Notes: a model not told the origin generated them from the letters alone. Positions 23,136 to 37,319 are shown, numbered from the stretch's first letter. The stretch: DNA of 64,000 nucleotides from Chiloscyllium plagiosum (GCF_004010195.1 NC_057719.1:8906221-8970220); one strand, 5' to 3'. Program-made: numbers and translations.

Positions 23136-26100
23136 AGTCTATCTTTTCCCATTTTATCATTTCATTTAAAATCTCCCATGACTATCACTGTGACTTTTTG
23201 ATTAGCTTATATTAATTCTTCCTTATGCTCCTCCCTACCATGTAGTAACTGATGGGACCCTGTACACCACGCTGTCTTCATGAGTTCATCCTTTATCATC
23301 TCTATCTGAACTGTCTCAATATGTGGATTTCTTGAACTTAGGTCATCCCTCTCTGTTGTTCTGATAACATAAATAACCAACACAGATAATATCACTAGGC
23401 CATCAGTTCCCCGAGATGCACCGTTTATTCCTGCTCCTATTTGTTATGTTTCTTACTCGATGACCCAGCTTCTTGTTCTTCTCAAATGTCTTGCACCCTT
23501 CAAAGTGCAAGTCACAATCCATCTCATCCTGCATCCATGTACCTACATTGAGTCCTAGACCATACTTATCCATTTCTATGTGTGATCTCCATTAATCTGG
23601 CTTTCGTTGAGTGCTGCACACACTCAAATAGCATCTTTTGTCTCAGTCTTTAGCTCTTTTTGTAATTGCTAGTCTTATCTGATACATTAGACCATAAGTC
23701 CAAAAGACATTAGGCCATTCAGCCCATTGAGTCTGCTCTGCTATTCCATGAGATCATGGTTGATCCAATAATCTTCAACTCCACTTAGTTGCCTTTTCCC
23801 TACAACTATGGATTGAAAGTCTGTCTCCATGTCGAAAGGCCTCAGCAGAAAGGGGTTAAGGCCAAAACAGCGAATGCTTTCAAGAAAGAGTTAGGTGTAG
23901 TTTTTATGGCTAAATGGATCGAGGGATATGAGGAGAAAGTGGGAACAGGGTGCTGAATTGGATGATCACCGATGATCACATTGATCAGTGGAGCGGGCTG
24001 GAAAGGCCGAATATTGTTAAATCATTCACAGGATGAGGGCATCGTTAGCTAGGCCAGCATTTATTGTCCACTTCTAACTGCCCAGAAGATAGTTAAAAGT
24101 CAACCACATTGCTGTGGCTCTGGAGTTATATATAGTCCAGACCGGGTAAGGATGACAGTTTCCTTCACCAAACGACATTTGTGAACCAGATGTGTTTTTC
24201 CCGACAATGGCTTTCATGGTCATTATTAGACTCTTAATTCTGGACTCGCTTTTTAAAATTGATTTCAAATTCCACCATCTGCCACAGCAGGATTCTGGAT
24301 CCCCAGCACATTACCTGGGTCCCTGGATTAATAGTTCAGTGATAATATCACTTGGCCATCAGTTCCCCTCGCTGCACCGTTTCTTCCTGCTCCTATTTGC
24401 TATGTATCTCACTCGATGACCCAGCCTCGACAGCCCTCTACGGTAAAGTAGACCGCAGATTTGCTTCTTATATTTGCATTCTGTCATGGTCTGTTTATCA
24501 TTTCGCACATTAATACCTTTCTCTTTGGCCGTGGTTCTACATTTTTGATTTACCGCAATGCAGGTTCCTTCTTTGTGTTGTCCTCCCACCTCAAACCAAA
24601 GCATCCATTAAGCACCTGTTTATTTCGCTGAGATGAACCAATTAACTGCAAGTGAATCAGTGGAATGGCAGCCACCTTACTCCTGCACTCATTTACACAA
24701 GATTAACAAGTTAACTATAGTACTGTATTCCTGCAAAGCGATAGTATTTCAAACCAGCGCCACACTTAGTACACAACCTCATTAAAACCTGCTGCAGATG
24801 CCTTGGCTGAGGGAGGATTATTAGTACCCTGAACCTCTCAGTTCAACTTTGCATTCTCTTATGAACCTAACTCTGTCACACAAAATAAAAACACCGTTCA
24901 CTCCTGGTTTATCCCTGGCCAAAGCCCCTCATGTCTCAGAAAGCACATCCTCAATCTGACAATCTGCATTAACTTGGAAGAGGTAATCTGAAGGACAGAT
25001 GCTATCGTACAAAAAGGGAAGCAGAAGGTAATAGAGCCAGCTGTCTCTGTTACAAACTGCGTTTGTGAGAAACAACAGCAAATAAAGACAGGACGTTTCA
25101 GCCTCCAGCTCTGTTTTAGCTACAGCAGCAAAAATGGATGATACAACAACAACCCACACCGTCATAGCACCTCTGGTATAGTGAGACATTTCAAGGTTCT
25201 CCCCAGGAATGAAGTCAGATCGAGCATTGACACCAAGGAAGATACTAAGAAGGGTGAAGGTCAAAATGTTGTTCAGAGAAAGGCTTTAAGGAGCATCTGA
25301 AAGGGGAAGCGAGAGATGCAGAGAGGTGTTAAGGAGGTTATTCACAGCTTCAGGATTAGATTGTCAAAACCGATGAAGGGAGCCTGGGATTGACAAGAGG
25401 GAGGAGTTGGAGGTTAGAGCTGGATAAAGGAGGGGTAAGGCCATGGAAGAACTTGAGCTTAAGAAGGAGAATTTGAGAATCTAAAGAACTGGATTCAGTT
25501 CATCTGGGTTGGGTGGGGTGGTGGGGTGAGGAAAATGTCAGTTAGACCCCAATCTTGCTGTACAGTGACACCTTACATCAAGCAAGTCCAACAGAAATGT
25601 TAAAATGATCAGATAACTTTAACATCGCAGCACAATAACAACCTATATTTATAAAACTCCTTTAATGTAATGAAGCATTGTAAGGCTTTCCACTGGGGAG
25701 GTGTGAAAGAGAATTTGACATTGAACCACATGAGATGACGTTAGAGCAGGAGTCAAAGGTTTAGTCCAGAGGACATCTTAAATGGGCAAAGAGAAATAAA
25801 GATCAGGGAGGTACTGAACTGGGATTTCCAAAGCTTGGCAGGTGAGCAGCTGAAGGTATGCCACCAATGGTGGGGAAACGAGGTCAATGTTCAAGCAGTG
25901 CAGGTATCTTGCTGGGTTAGAATTACAGACAGCTACTGAGATGGGGAAGGCAAAGGTGGAGGAATTTGAAAAGCACTCATATCCCATGGATTATTTTGAT
26001 GTGTTCTGATTTGTTACGTGAGCAAATAGACCAGCTAGTCTGTGCTCACAGCTCTCACACAGAGATGTCTGGCCAATTTATCTGGTTTTGGTTGTGGTGG

Positions 26101-26690
26101 AACTGTTGGCAAGGACACAGGGAACCTTCCGTCAAGGACAGCAAGATCAGACGTAGCGACAGAACCCCTTTGGGACAGGGGACTCTTTGGTGTGGCCCAC
26201 TCAGGTAAATAACATAACACACCAGCAAGAGGAGGCTATACAAATCCTCAAGTGTGTTCTGTCATACATTAGATCATGGTTGATCCTTGTCTTTCTGAGA
26301 TCCATTGACCTCATGTAGTTCCTTGACCCTGAATGGCATTGTAAGGGACATCCGGAATGAGCACATTTTCATGTCTGTTTATTTAGTCATTTATTTCAAC
26401 TGTTCTGAGACTTCAGCACAATTTTCCCATTATGTTTCTTTCATTTCCTAACTCCAGCTTCAAGTCCACTTTGCACCATTGATAGGAATACATTCCCAAT
26501 TCCTTTCAATCTTTTCAGCATTTGCTAAACATTGATTGGAAAGAAACTATTAATTTTCCCTTCATGGAGTTAGGTTATCTTTCTTGAATTTACAATTGAT
26601 GCTGATGTTTTGTTTCAATTTTAAGCTTATTCATCCCTGCCCTGGACTTTACAATGGTGGACTTTCTTAATAGGAATAGGCATTTCTTAA

Positions 26691-27677
26691 TACTATAAAC
26701 CGACCGACTCCCACAGCTACCTAGACTTCACCTCCTCCCACCCTGCCCCCTGTAAAAACGCCATCCCATATTCCCAATTCCTTCGTCTCCGCTGCATCTG
26801 CTCCCAGGGGGACCAGTTACAATACCGTACAACCCAGATGGCCTCCTTCTTCAAAGACCATAATTTCCCCCCCAGANNNNNNNNNNNNNNNNNNNNNNNN
26901 NNNNNNNNNNNNNNNNNNNNNNNNNNNNNNNNNNNNNNNNNNNNNNNNNNNNNNNNNNNNNNNNNNNNNNNNNNNNNNNNNNNNNNNNNNNNNNNNNNNN
27001 NNNNNNNNNNNNNNNNNNNNNNNNNNNNNNNNNNNNNNNNNNNNNNNNNNNNNNNNNNNNNNNNNNNNNNNNNNNNNNNNNNNNNNNNNNNNNNNNNNNN
27101 NNNNNNNNNNNNNNNNNNNNNNNNNNNNNNNNNNNNNNNNNNNNNNNNNNNNNNNNNNNNNNNNNNNNNNNNNNNNNNNNNNNNNNNNNNNNNNNNNNNN
27201 NNNNNNNNNNNNNNNNNNNNNNNNNNNNNNNNNNNNNNNNNNNNNNNNNNNNNNNNNNNNNNNNNNNNNNNNNNNNNNNNNNNNNNNNNNNNNNNNNNNN
27301 NNNNNNNNNNNNNNNNNNNNNNNNNNNNNNNNNNNNNNNNNNNNNNNNNNNNNNNNNNNNNNNNNNNNNNNNNNNNNNNNNNNNNNNNNNNNNNNNNNNN
27401 NNNNNNNNNNNNNNNNNNNNNNNNNNNNNNNNNNNNNNNNNNNNNNNNNNNNNNNNNNNNNNNNNNNNNNNNNNNNNNNNNNNNNNNNNNNNNNNNNNNN
27501 NNNNACCTATCACATTTCCAACGCCCCTCCCCCAAGTCCCTCCTCCCTACCTTTTATCTTAGCCTGCTGGACACACTTTCCTCATTTCTGAAGAAGGGCT
27601 CATGCCCGAAATGTCGATTCTCCTGCTCCTTGGATGCTGCCTGACCTGCTGCACTTTTCCAGCAACACATTTTCAGT
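26691..27677 (+). mobile_element. Penelope-like retroelement (RT C-terminal region, gap, 3' pLTR with hammerhead core)
   Basis: YKPTDSHSYLDFTSSHPAPCKNAIPYSQFLRLRRICS precedes the gap. After the gap, ctgaaga-agggc-tcat-gccc-gaaa lies at about 27588-27612. Continuity across the gap is assumed. Confidence 0.85.
26877..27504. other. Assembly gap
   Basis: Run of N. Confidence 1.
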
Positions 27678-29649
27678 GCTGGACTTTCTTAATACCCGAG
27701 CAAACACAATGGATCTTGGCCATTGGCTCGCCTGAATGTTTCCCTACCCTCCTACAAGGACACTGAAGTCATTTATAGAGCATAACTGGAGACTAACTCA
27801 GCAAGAAAGCCTTCACAATGGTGGCCATCTTGGATGATCACCTTGGCATTGGCAAAACACATTCCATTTATAGTAACACTCATAAAAGGCAATCGGGTAA
27901 AGTTTTCTGATTTGTATTGGTCAGTTTTACACTGAGCAACCTCAGCGTCTGGTTAACAAAACTATATTTCATTTGCCTTAACAACAAGCTATGATACCAA
28001 ATAATTAGAACAGTTATTGGTGCACGCCTGATCATCAGACACCAGGGCACATACAGGGGAGTGTGCACACTCTAACCAACAGAATGTCTCTGCTCCTTGG
28101 AGAAAGAAGTTGACCAAAGTAAGTAAATGCCATTGCAAAAGAGCAGGAAATAAAGCATTAAGTCCACAGCTTCCCCAGGCAACCTACTCTCTAATGGTGT
28201 TCTGTTTATCCTGGTAAGCTCCCAAGGGAAGGTGTTAAAGTCTGTGTTTATTGCCAATATCATCTCTTAGTGTCGAGCTAAATGTCCATGGACAGAGACA
28301 CATCTTTGCAGTAAAATGTCTAAGTGATGACTCACTGAAATGAAAACATTCCAGTATGGCAGAATTCTAAAGAATCCTATCCCAACATTTTAAAAGGCAA
28401 GGAGGAGGAGGTTTAAAAGGGATTGGAGCAGATTTTGTTTTCACCCAGTGGTTTTTGGGCATCTGTAATTTGACAGAGGCAGGACTCCTCAAGACATTGA
28501 AGAACTAGTTAGATGAACAATTAAATGCCATAGCATACAAGGCAATGGGCCAAATGATGCAAATGGGATGAGAATAGTTGATGACTGGTGTGATGTGAAC
28601 ATGATGGGCCAAAGAGCCTCTTTCTGTGGTGCGACATCTCTATGACTAATTGATTTATTGACGAGAATTCATTAAATTTCCAGCACTGTGCTGTTCCAGC
28701 ATTCATACAAGATCTGCTCCTGAAATATAGCACACTCAGGAAGAAGGGGCAGATTGTACAGTCAATGGTGAAGGGTAACAGTGGCTAGCAATGGGTAGGG
28801 AACAATGGCAAGCAATGATGGTGAGGGGGTTAATAGTGGCTATGGCAGTGCCACCCTCTATGCTTTCATAGGCATGTGGGGTAGATGACTACAATGGCAG
28901 CCATCTTGGATGGCCACCATGACTTAGGCAAGACTCATTCCATCTATAGAAACACTTTATGATTCGCAAAAAGCAATCGGGTACAGTTTTTAACCAATGT
29001 CACCCTGTTCTGTTCTGTTGAAATCCACAGAAATCATTCTTTATCGCCATCCACTGCAGTAATACAGGACCACTGTGTCTCATATGAACAGAAGCCTGAA
29101 GAAATAGAGACATATTGGCACTGTCACTAGACTAGTCATTCAGAGGTGAGGTTAAAGTAATAATGTTTTGGCTTCAAATTCCATTGTATCAGTTTGAATT
29201 GAGTGAATAAAATTTGAAAGTAAAAGCTCATCCCAACTACAATGACTGGGAACCAACAGTGTTAGTCATTAAAGCCCATCTGGTTCACTAGTCACTTTTT
29301 TAGAGAAGGAAATCTGCTGTCTTTATTTGGACAGGCCTTCAAGTGACTCCAGGCCCACACCAATGTGTTTAACCTCTAACTGCCCTCTAAAATGGCCCAG
29401 GCAGCCAATCAGTTCAAAGGCAATAAGGGATCAGTCACAATTTCTGCCCTTGCCAGTCATATTGATGCCCATGAAAGGAGAGAAGGAATGTAATTTGTGT
29501 CCCCTTTCTGTAAGCACCATGTTCTTTGAGAACACATGTTGGCAAGAGAAAGTACAGAAAAGGAATTGGAGAAAGGAGTGCCAACGATCTCAAAGCCAAG
29601 GGACCAATTCCATCTCCCAGAAACACCGAACAAATGTGCAGAGATGTGG

Positions 29650-29745
29650 GGAATTCCTGATGAAGGACTCTGGCCCGAAACGTTGATTCTCCTTCTTCTT
29701 GGATGCTGCCTGACCTGCTGTGCTTTTCTAGCAACACACTCTCAA
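29650..29745 (+). mobile_element. Penelope pLTR-derived repeat with hammerhead-like core
   Basis: ctgatga-aggac-tctg-gccc-gaaac-gttgattc. Confidence 0.75.
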
Positions 29746-30205
29746 CACGAGGTTAGGGTCAACTCCTTGCTCTGGCAGGCCAACAAGTCTCGGGCAGACC
29801 AAACAGCATCTTTCACCAAGGTTGATAGTCCTTTTCTGGGTTATTAATTCCCGTTATGGTGTCCTCTAAGTCAAATGACCAACAGGAGTCTTGAACCTTC
29901 AGGTCTCTCAACATTTCCCTTTCAGGGAAAGGGATTTGATCTCGGGCTATATCTCCTATTATAAAGTGGAACCCCAAGTTCTGAAATCCCTGTTGTCACT
30001 TGGGTTTCAAACCCTCAAGCAAACACATCAATGATCTTCCAAACAGACCATTTGTTAGATTATATTTACAATATAATATGCGCTGTGCTGAAGGTGATTT
30101 GCAAGTTGGAATAATTTGTTTCAACTACAACTCACATGCCCTCGAGCTGTAGCTGAGCTTTAATTGGCTTTGTTAAAGGCATTGTCATCTTCACCAGAAA
30201 CATTT

Positions 30206-30445
30206 GGGGGGGTAGGTATAGGACAGATGTTAGGGGTAGGTTCTTTACTCAGCGAGTCGTGAGTTCATGGAATGCCCTGCCAGTAGCAGTGGTGGACTCT
30301 CCCTCATTATGGGCATTTAAGCGGGCATTGGATAGGCATATGGAGGATAGTGGACTAGTGTAGGTTAGGTGGGCTTGGATCGGGGCAACATCGAGGGCCG
30401 AAGGGCCTGTACTGCGCTGTATTCTTCTATGTTCTATGTTCTATG
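30206..30445 (+). mobile_element. Young CR1 3' end, 5'-truncated, (TTCTATG)n tail
   Basis: Nearly identical to 32186-32420 and 39657-39900. Confidence 0.93.
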
Positions 30446-30989
30446 TACACCGATCGACCTTTAAACAAAAAAAACACAACCCAAACCTCAACACATTCAT
30501 TCTCTGTTTATCAAACATCAGTGCCCCTGGTCAAGCCAGTCTTGATTTTAAAATTCCCCTCTCTGTTTCCAAATCCCTCCAACGCCCTTGTACCATCTTC
30601 CTACCCCAGCTCTGAAATCTCCTCCAGTCTCACAATCCTCCAAGAGCCTTGTGTATTCACAACTGGTGCATTCCTTAATTGCCTCAACCCTGGGCTCAAA
30701 GTTGATCTGTCTACATGTCGCCATCTCTGATTTAGATTTAATGTTATCACTTGTACCTTGGATCACCTTTAGGACTCCTCACAGTCAACCTCATTGGCCA
30801 AGATTGGCCACCTGACCTCATACCTCTTTCTGTTTCATTAGAGATCACAATTTGCTTTATCCTGCTCCTATGAAACACCTCCATTACATTAAATACACTA
30901 CATCAGTATCATCTGTTGTTGACCTTTAAGTGTATAGGACAGCAATGGAGGGCCGTTGAGTCTATTCGATGTTGAGAAAGTCAGTTTTT

Positions 30990-31135
30990 TTTTATTCAGG
31001 AATTCCTGATGAAGGGCTTTTGCCTGAAACATCGATTTTCCTGTTCCTTGGATGCTGCTTGACCTGCTGTGCTTTTCCAGCACTATTCTAATCTTGACTC
31101 TAATCTCTAGCATCAGCAGAACCCACTTCCACCTC
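30990..31135 (+). mobile_element. Penelope pLTR-derived repeat with hammerhead-like core
   Basis: ctgatga-agggc-tttt-gcct-gaaac-atcgat. Confidence 0.8.
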
Positions 31136-32185
31136 GTTTTTTTTTGTTAATGAGGGAATCAAGGCTATGGAGAAAAGGCAGGAAAGTGCAGTTAAGGATT
31201 ATCAAATCAGCCATGCTCTCATTCAATGGCAGAACAGACTTGATGGGCCGAATGGCCTATTTCCGCTCCTACATTTTACGGTTTGTCCCCCAGAGTGGGA
31301 TAGAAGTCAATGATGAAAGCTTGTCCAATTGCCTCAGTACATCTTGCCCATTTAGGAAACAACTGCTTCTGAGAAAAAAAGCAAATATTGTGGATTCTGG
31401 AAATTTGACATTTATCAGGTATTGGTAAGAAATTTGGGGTGTTTGGAGTTTCGAGAAGTCCTGCTGAATGTAAACCTGCACCACCGCCTTGAGTGTGGGT
31501 GGTCTCCATTTTTGTTGTTGACCACAGGAGATAGGTTATGTGTTGGTATGTCTCCAACTCCAATACAAAATCTCTCTAGCTGGATCCCTTACTCCCAGTT
31601 ATAAGTTGTAGTTTTAGGAAACAAAAAAAAAACATTATGGGGTGCATTGTTGAGGCTAACAAAATCAAGTACAGCATGTCACGACTGGAAAAAGAAGGGG
31701 AAGTCGACTTTTAAAGTGATCGCTTTTTGGGAGGGGGTTAGTCTGTAAAAATGGGGTTTCCCATTGACCTGAATCAATTTATAAGCCACAATCTGCAGCA
31801 AAAATGCAGATAGAAGGTTCTGGAAACAGTCAGCTGGTCAGGCGGCATCTCAGGAGTGAGAAATCTGTTTCTCTCTCTCTCTCTCTCTCTCCTCTGACAC
31901 TGATGTGGCGTTTCTTGTTCACTTTCTTAATAGATGTCTTGACTATGCTCCCCAGCAATCTATCCCAACTGACCAATCTATCCCTTGTGCGAAGGCAGAG
32001 TTCCTGTTATTCAAAAATCAGGAGATATCCCTTCTTCTGACTCTGTTTTAATATGATGGCAAGGTCTAGACACAAATCACTTCAGGTTCATAGAATCGTA
32101 GAATCGCTACAATGCAGAAAGAGGCCATTTGGCCCACTGGGTCTGCACTGACCCTCCAAAGAACGTGAATAGAGAGTTGTCACTT

Positions 32186-33410
32186 AGAACATAGAACATA
32201 GAAGAATACAGCGCAGTACAGGCCCTTCGGCCCTCGATGTTGCGCCGATCCAAGCCCACCTAACCTACATTAGCCCACTATCCTCCATATGCCTATCCAA
32301 TGCCCGCTTAAATGCCCATAATGAGGGAGAGTCCACCACTGCTACTGGCAGGGCATTCCATGAACTCACGACTCGCTGAGTAAAGAACCTACCCCTAACA
32401 TCTGTCCTATACCTACCCCCGCTTAATTTAAAGCTATGCCCCCTTGTAATAACTGACTCCATACGTGGAAAAAGATTCTCACTGTCGACCCTACCTAAAC
32501 CNNNNNNNNNNNNNNNNNNNNNNNNNNNNNNNNNNNNNNNNNNNNNNNNNNNNNNNNNNNNNNNNNNNNNNNNNNNNNNNNNNNNNNNNNNNNNNNNNNN
32601 NNNNNNNNNNNNNNNNNNNNNNNNNNNNNNNNNNNNNNNNNNNNNNNNNNNNNNNNNNNNNNNNNNNNNNNNNNNNNNNNNNNNNNNNNNNNNNNNNNNN
32701 NNNNNNNNNNNNNNNNNNNNNNNNNNNNNNNNNNNNNNNNNNNNNNNNNNNNNNNNNNNNNNNNNNNNNNNNNNNNNNNNNNNNNNNNNNNNNNNNNNNN
32801 NNNNNNNNNNNNNNNNNNNNNNNNNNNNNNNNNNNNNNNNNNNNNNNNNNNNNNNNNNNNNNNNNNNNNNNNNNNNNNNNNNNNNNNNNNNNNNNNNNNN
32901 NNNNNNNNNNNNNNNNNNNNNNNNNNNNNNNNNNNNNNNNNNNNNNNNNNNNNNNNNNNNNNNNNNNNNNNNNNNNNNNNNNNNNNNNNNNNNNNNNNNN
33001 NNNNNNNNNNNNNNNNNNNNNNNNNNNNNNNNNNNNNNNNNNNNNNNNNNNNNNNNNNNNNNNNNNNNNNNNNNNNNNNNNNNNNNNNNNNNNNNNNNNN
33101 NNNNNNNNNNNNNNNNNNNNNNNNNNNNNNNNNNNNACCTCCTTCGTCACCTTCTCAAAGAATTCAATAATGTTTGTGAGGCACGACCTGCCCTTCACAA
33201 AACTATGCTGACTATCCTTGATCACATTATTCCTATCCAGATGTTCATAAATCCTATCCCTTACAATTCTCTCTAAGATTTTGCCCACAACAGAAGTGAG
33301 ACTCACCTGCCTGTAGTTACTAGGGTTATCCCTACTCCCCTTCTTGAACAAGAGAACCACATTTGCTAGCCTCCAATCTTCTGGCACTACTCCTGTAGAC
33401 AACGAGGACA
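32186..33410 (-). mobile_element. Young CR1 LINE spanning an assembly gap
   Basis: GVVPEDWRLANV...QHSFVKGRSCLTN on one side of the gap; ORF2 C-terminus and tail on the other. Confidence 0.9.
32502..33136. other. Assembly gap
   Basis: Run of N. Confidence 1.
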
Positions 33411-33679
33411 TCCTTGGCCAGTCTAAGGGCTTTGCAGGACTCTGTGGTGAAGGATTAGCCACAAATAGGTTTCAGAAGAAGAGGCTGCATTCATAAGTAA
33501 CACGGTCAGGTTTATTACACCTTAGTAACTACAGATATTTCCAAACCAACCTGTTTAGCAACGTTACCACATACACTAATAATCGTCGGATCTGAATTAC
33601 TGCTGCACTTCAAGATCTCCTTCGTAATATTATACATATTACATCATACTTATAGTAACATGAGGAGTATAACACATAG

Positions 33680-34342
33680 GGAGGTGATGGCCTAGTGGCA
33701 TTATCATTGGAATATTAACCCAAAGACCCAGGCGATGTTCTAGCGACCTGGGTTTGAATCCTGTCATGGTGGGGTTTGAATTCAATAAAAAATCGTTGGC
33801 TTTAAGAGTTTCCAGATAACCATGAAATCACTGAGAATTGTTGTAAAAACGCATCTTTTAAAAATTCATTCACAGCATGAGAGCATTGAATCCCTTGAAT
33901 GAATTTTGAAAAAGAGTTTTTAGAACAATTTATTGCCCATTCCTAAATGCTCAGAGGGCAGTTAAGAGTCAACCATGTTGGTGTGGCTCTGGAGTCACAT
34001 GTAAGGATGGTAGATTCCTTCCCTCAAGGAAACAAGTGATCCAGATAGGTCTTCCAACAATCAACAATGGATTCATGGTCATCATTAGACTCTAACTTCC
34101 AAGTTACACCACCTGTCGTGGCAGGGTTTGAACCCAGGTGCCCAGAACATTAGCTGGGTCTCTGGGTTAACAGTCTTTGGGTCAATAATGTCCTTTAGGG
34201 AAGGAAATCTGCTATCCTTACCTGGTCTAGCCTTCATGTGACTCCAGACCCACAGTGATGTGGTTGATCCTTAACTGCCCTCTGGGCAATAAATGATGGC
34301 TGAGCCAGCAATGCCTCCATCCTGTGCATGAATAAAATAAAA
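33680..34342. mobile_element. tRNA-headed SINE (+) containing an opposite-orientation copy of the same family
   Basis: Plus-strand head at 33680-33855, inverted segment at about 33860-34170, plus-strand tail at 34175-34342. Confidence 0.6.
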
Positions 34343-35435
34343 ATGTCTGTCCGTCTCCAACTACAACTGTCCAGAAACCCCGGAAAACTGTTTGATGCAC
34401 CACTCAGTGACTGTGTTATGTATCAGAGCTCGTATTAACCCTTTAGTATCCATTTCCTGAAACAACACATTATTTCAATCTAGTTTCCCGACTGTAAGAA
34501 AGACTCGCACTTTTCTAAGCACTTTTCACAACTGTTTCAAAGCACTTTGGAAACAATGATGTCATGTGTTGTAGGAAAATTGATGACCAGTCTGCACACT
34601 GCCAAGCTCCTACAAATAGAAATGTGATAATGATCAAGTAGATTGAGCATTAAATGTTGACTGGGACTCTGGGAAAATCTCCACCAACCCACCCCCAACT
34701 CCCTCTGTCAATCACACCCCTTCACCGTCCTCCCAAACACCTCATCTGAAAGAAGGTACCTCTGACAGGGCTGTACTCTCAAACTCCACTGAAGTATCGA
34801 CTTGGATAGTTAGGCTCATATCTCAGAGCGGGATCTGGAACCTCGTAACTCGAAGGTAAAGAATGCTATCAACATAACCTCAGCTGGCATTCCGCATGAC
34901 TCATGCCTTTCAAAGTGCTGAGCCTTCCTATCTCCCTGAAAAACTCACAGCTTTGCTTCACGGAGCGAAACTGTGAATGAAATGTTTGCCTTAAGAATAC
35001 TGACTCACTCGGGTTTGTCAAGTTGTACACAATTCCCTCAATGAAAACTAGACAGCCAGGCTCCCTCTTGGCACAACCTAACAACAAGGGCCCAGGCTGG
35101 ATGCCAGTTCTTCACTCATTCTGCTGTTCTTAGCTGGGGGACTGGCAGGAATGATGTGATTAGTCTATGGAGTAGGTCTGAATCTTTGTACTAGGAATGG
35201 GAAACTGGTATCTCTGCTTAGGCCAGCCACCTGAGCATAAGGCAAAGACTAAACATGGGAATTTCCTGCTCTACATGACTTGACGCTCGGGGAAGTAATG
35301 AAATTAGCCATAGTCATTCCTCTCCATGACAGAGAAAAGTTTATTTGTATATAGCTTGAGGGGTACCAGTCTATCAGTGTGGGCCATGGCAAGGATGCAG
35401 GATCTCAGCCCACATTGAGGGAAACATCTCAGCTC

Positions 35436-35880
35436 GTTGGCACAGTGGTTAGCACTACTGCCTCACAGCGCCAGAGACCCAGGTTCAATTCTAGCCTTGA
35501 GTAACTGGGTCGAGTTTGCACATTCTCCCCATGTCTGTGTGGGTTTCCTCCGGGTGCTCCAGTTTCCTCCCACATTCTAAAGATGTGCAGGTTAGGTGGA
35601 TTAGCCATGCTAAATTGCCCATAGTGCCCAGGGATGTGCGCCTTAGGTGGATTAGCCATGCTAAATTGCCCATAGTGCCCAGGGATGTGCACCTTAGGTG
35701 GATTAGCCATGCTAAATTGCCCATAGTGCCCAGGGATGTGCAGGCTAGGTGGATTAGCTATGTTAACCGTGGGGTTATGGGGATAGGGTTGAGGGCTGGG
35801 TCTGCGTGGGTTGCTCTTCACAGGGTCAGTGCAGACTCAATGGGCCGAATTGCCTCTTTCCAAGCTATAAGGATTCAATG
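35436..35880 (+). mobile_element. HE1-type SINE with a triplicated 52-bp internal unit
   Basis: ggtggattagccatgctaaattgcccatagtgcccagggatgtgc occurs three times in 35583-35760. Confidence 0.9.
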
Positions 35881-37319
35881 ATTCTGTGAAATCAAAACCA
35901 TGCTATTGGCAACACACATGGACCATCTGCCCATCTCAGCTAACCAACCCCTAACCAACCCCAGCTTGCAAGATATCCCGGGAGGAATTAGAGGTGGGGT
36001 AGATAGTCCAATATTGATGTGCTTTGTTTTAAAAAGATAAAATGCAATTTTGACGCAAAAACAAAATAAAAGGGTTTTCACATCAATTATGCCCCCCCCA
36101 GATTTAGATGAACCGAGGAACGTCTGAACTGAGAGGGTGTCAATCAGCCTGTGAATGTTGAACACTGGCAGTGTTGAGATCGTAAGGATACCAATAATAC
36201 GTCTCCAACTGAATACACGCTCCGACCCATGTTCCTGAGTGGTGAACCAAGGGATGATTTCACCTCTAGCTGCTCCCTCTATCCCAGATCCAAGCAGACT
36301 CAAAAGTACTGCCTGTGATAATCAGAAATACCCGGAGATAGCCTGGAACAGAGAGTTCTCAAGTGTTTAGAGAGATATGGGTAAGTGCTGGAAAATGGGA
36401 CGAGATTAATTTAGGATAACTGGTTGGCATGGACAAGTTGGACCGAAGGGTCTAATTCCATGCTGTACAGCTCTATAACTCTATGACTTTATGGCAGCAT
36501 GGTTCAAACAACCAGTATTTCTACTTTCAACATCTTTTTCTGGGACTTTGGGAGACTCAGAGTCCACTCATTGCAAACTAAGAAACTGATGCCATTGTCT
36601 TCAAACAGAAATACCTTGCACTTTCTCCTCATTAGAATAATCTCAGCCTTTCTTTGACCTTTAACAATCAAACAATCCAGGCTTACTCTCACACAGGCTT
36701 CTAAAAATATCACGTGAATCGTCCCCCTCAGCTTCATTTTAACTTATATTTAAAGACGCCATTCCAAGCATTAGAAGCCTTATGATTACAATACCTCCTG
36801 AATATTTTGTCTCTCCATTCTCATTCTGAAGCAGTGCTGATTAATCCACTTTTAGTTACATTTTTTCCCCTTTCAGTGGAAGTCCCTCAAGTCTGCAGCA
36901 TTCTAAGTTGTTCAGGTGCAATACCTCTCTGTAGTGTTACACCACACTCCTGAAATGCCTATAAACCAATGCAGAAAACCTCCATCAGTAAGATTTGCAC
37001 TAATACTCAGCTGGTGCCAGAACTAAACCCTTGCAGAAGTAGAGCAAAGGTTATACCTAAATGGCTGAAATCAGGTTTCAAGTGCCCTGGTCAAATCTGT
37101 AGGCAGCTATTGCCTATGAGAACTAATGAGCCATCAGGTTAATCTGCAGCTCAGACAATAGACAATAGGCGCAGGAGTAGGCCATTCTGCCCTTTGAGCC
37201 TGCACCACCATTCATTATGATCATGGCTGATCATCCTCAATCAGTAAGCTTTGGATTGTTGAATCAAACTGAAAACTACCTTCAATTCTACTTGATGAAG
37301 ATTGACATAGAGCTTCAAG

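Noticed and set aside
24929..25264. Hydrophobic 111-aa ORF as a possible beta-neurexin signal exon
   Set aside because: No His-rich or IYRSP-type beta-neurexin motif and no recognisable homology.
26717..27644. Long ORFs containing X runs
   Set aside because: Artefacts of the assembly gap; the same applies to 32465-33462.
35875..36303. 142-aa ORF in unique sequence
   Set aside because: Non-ATG start, no recognisable motif and no supported splice context.
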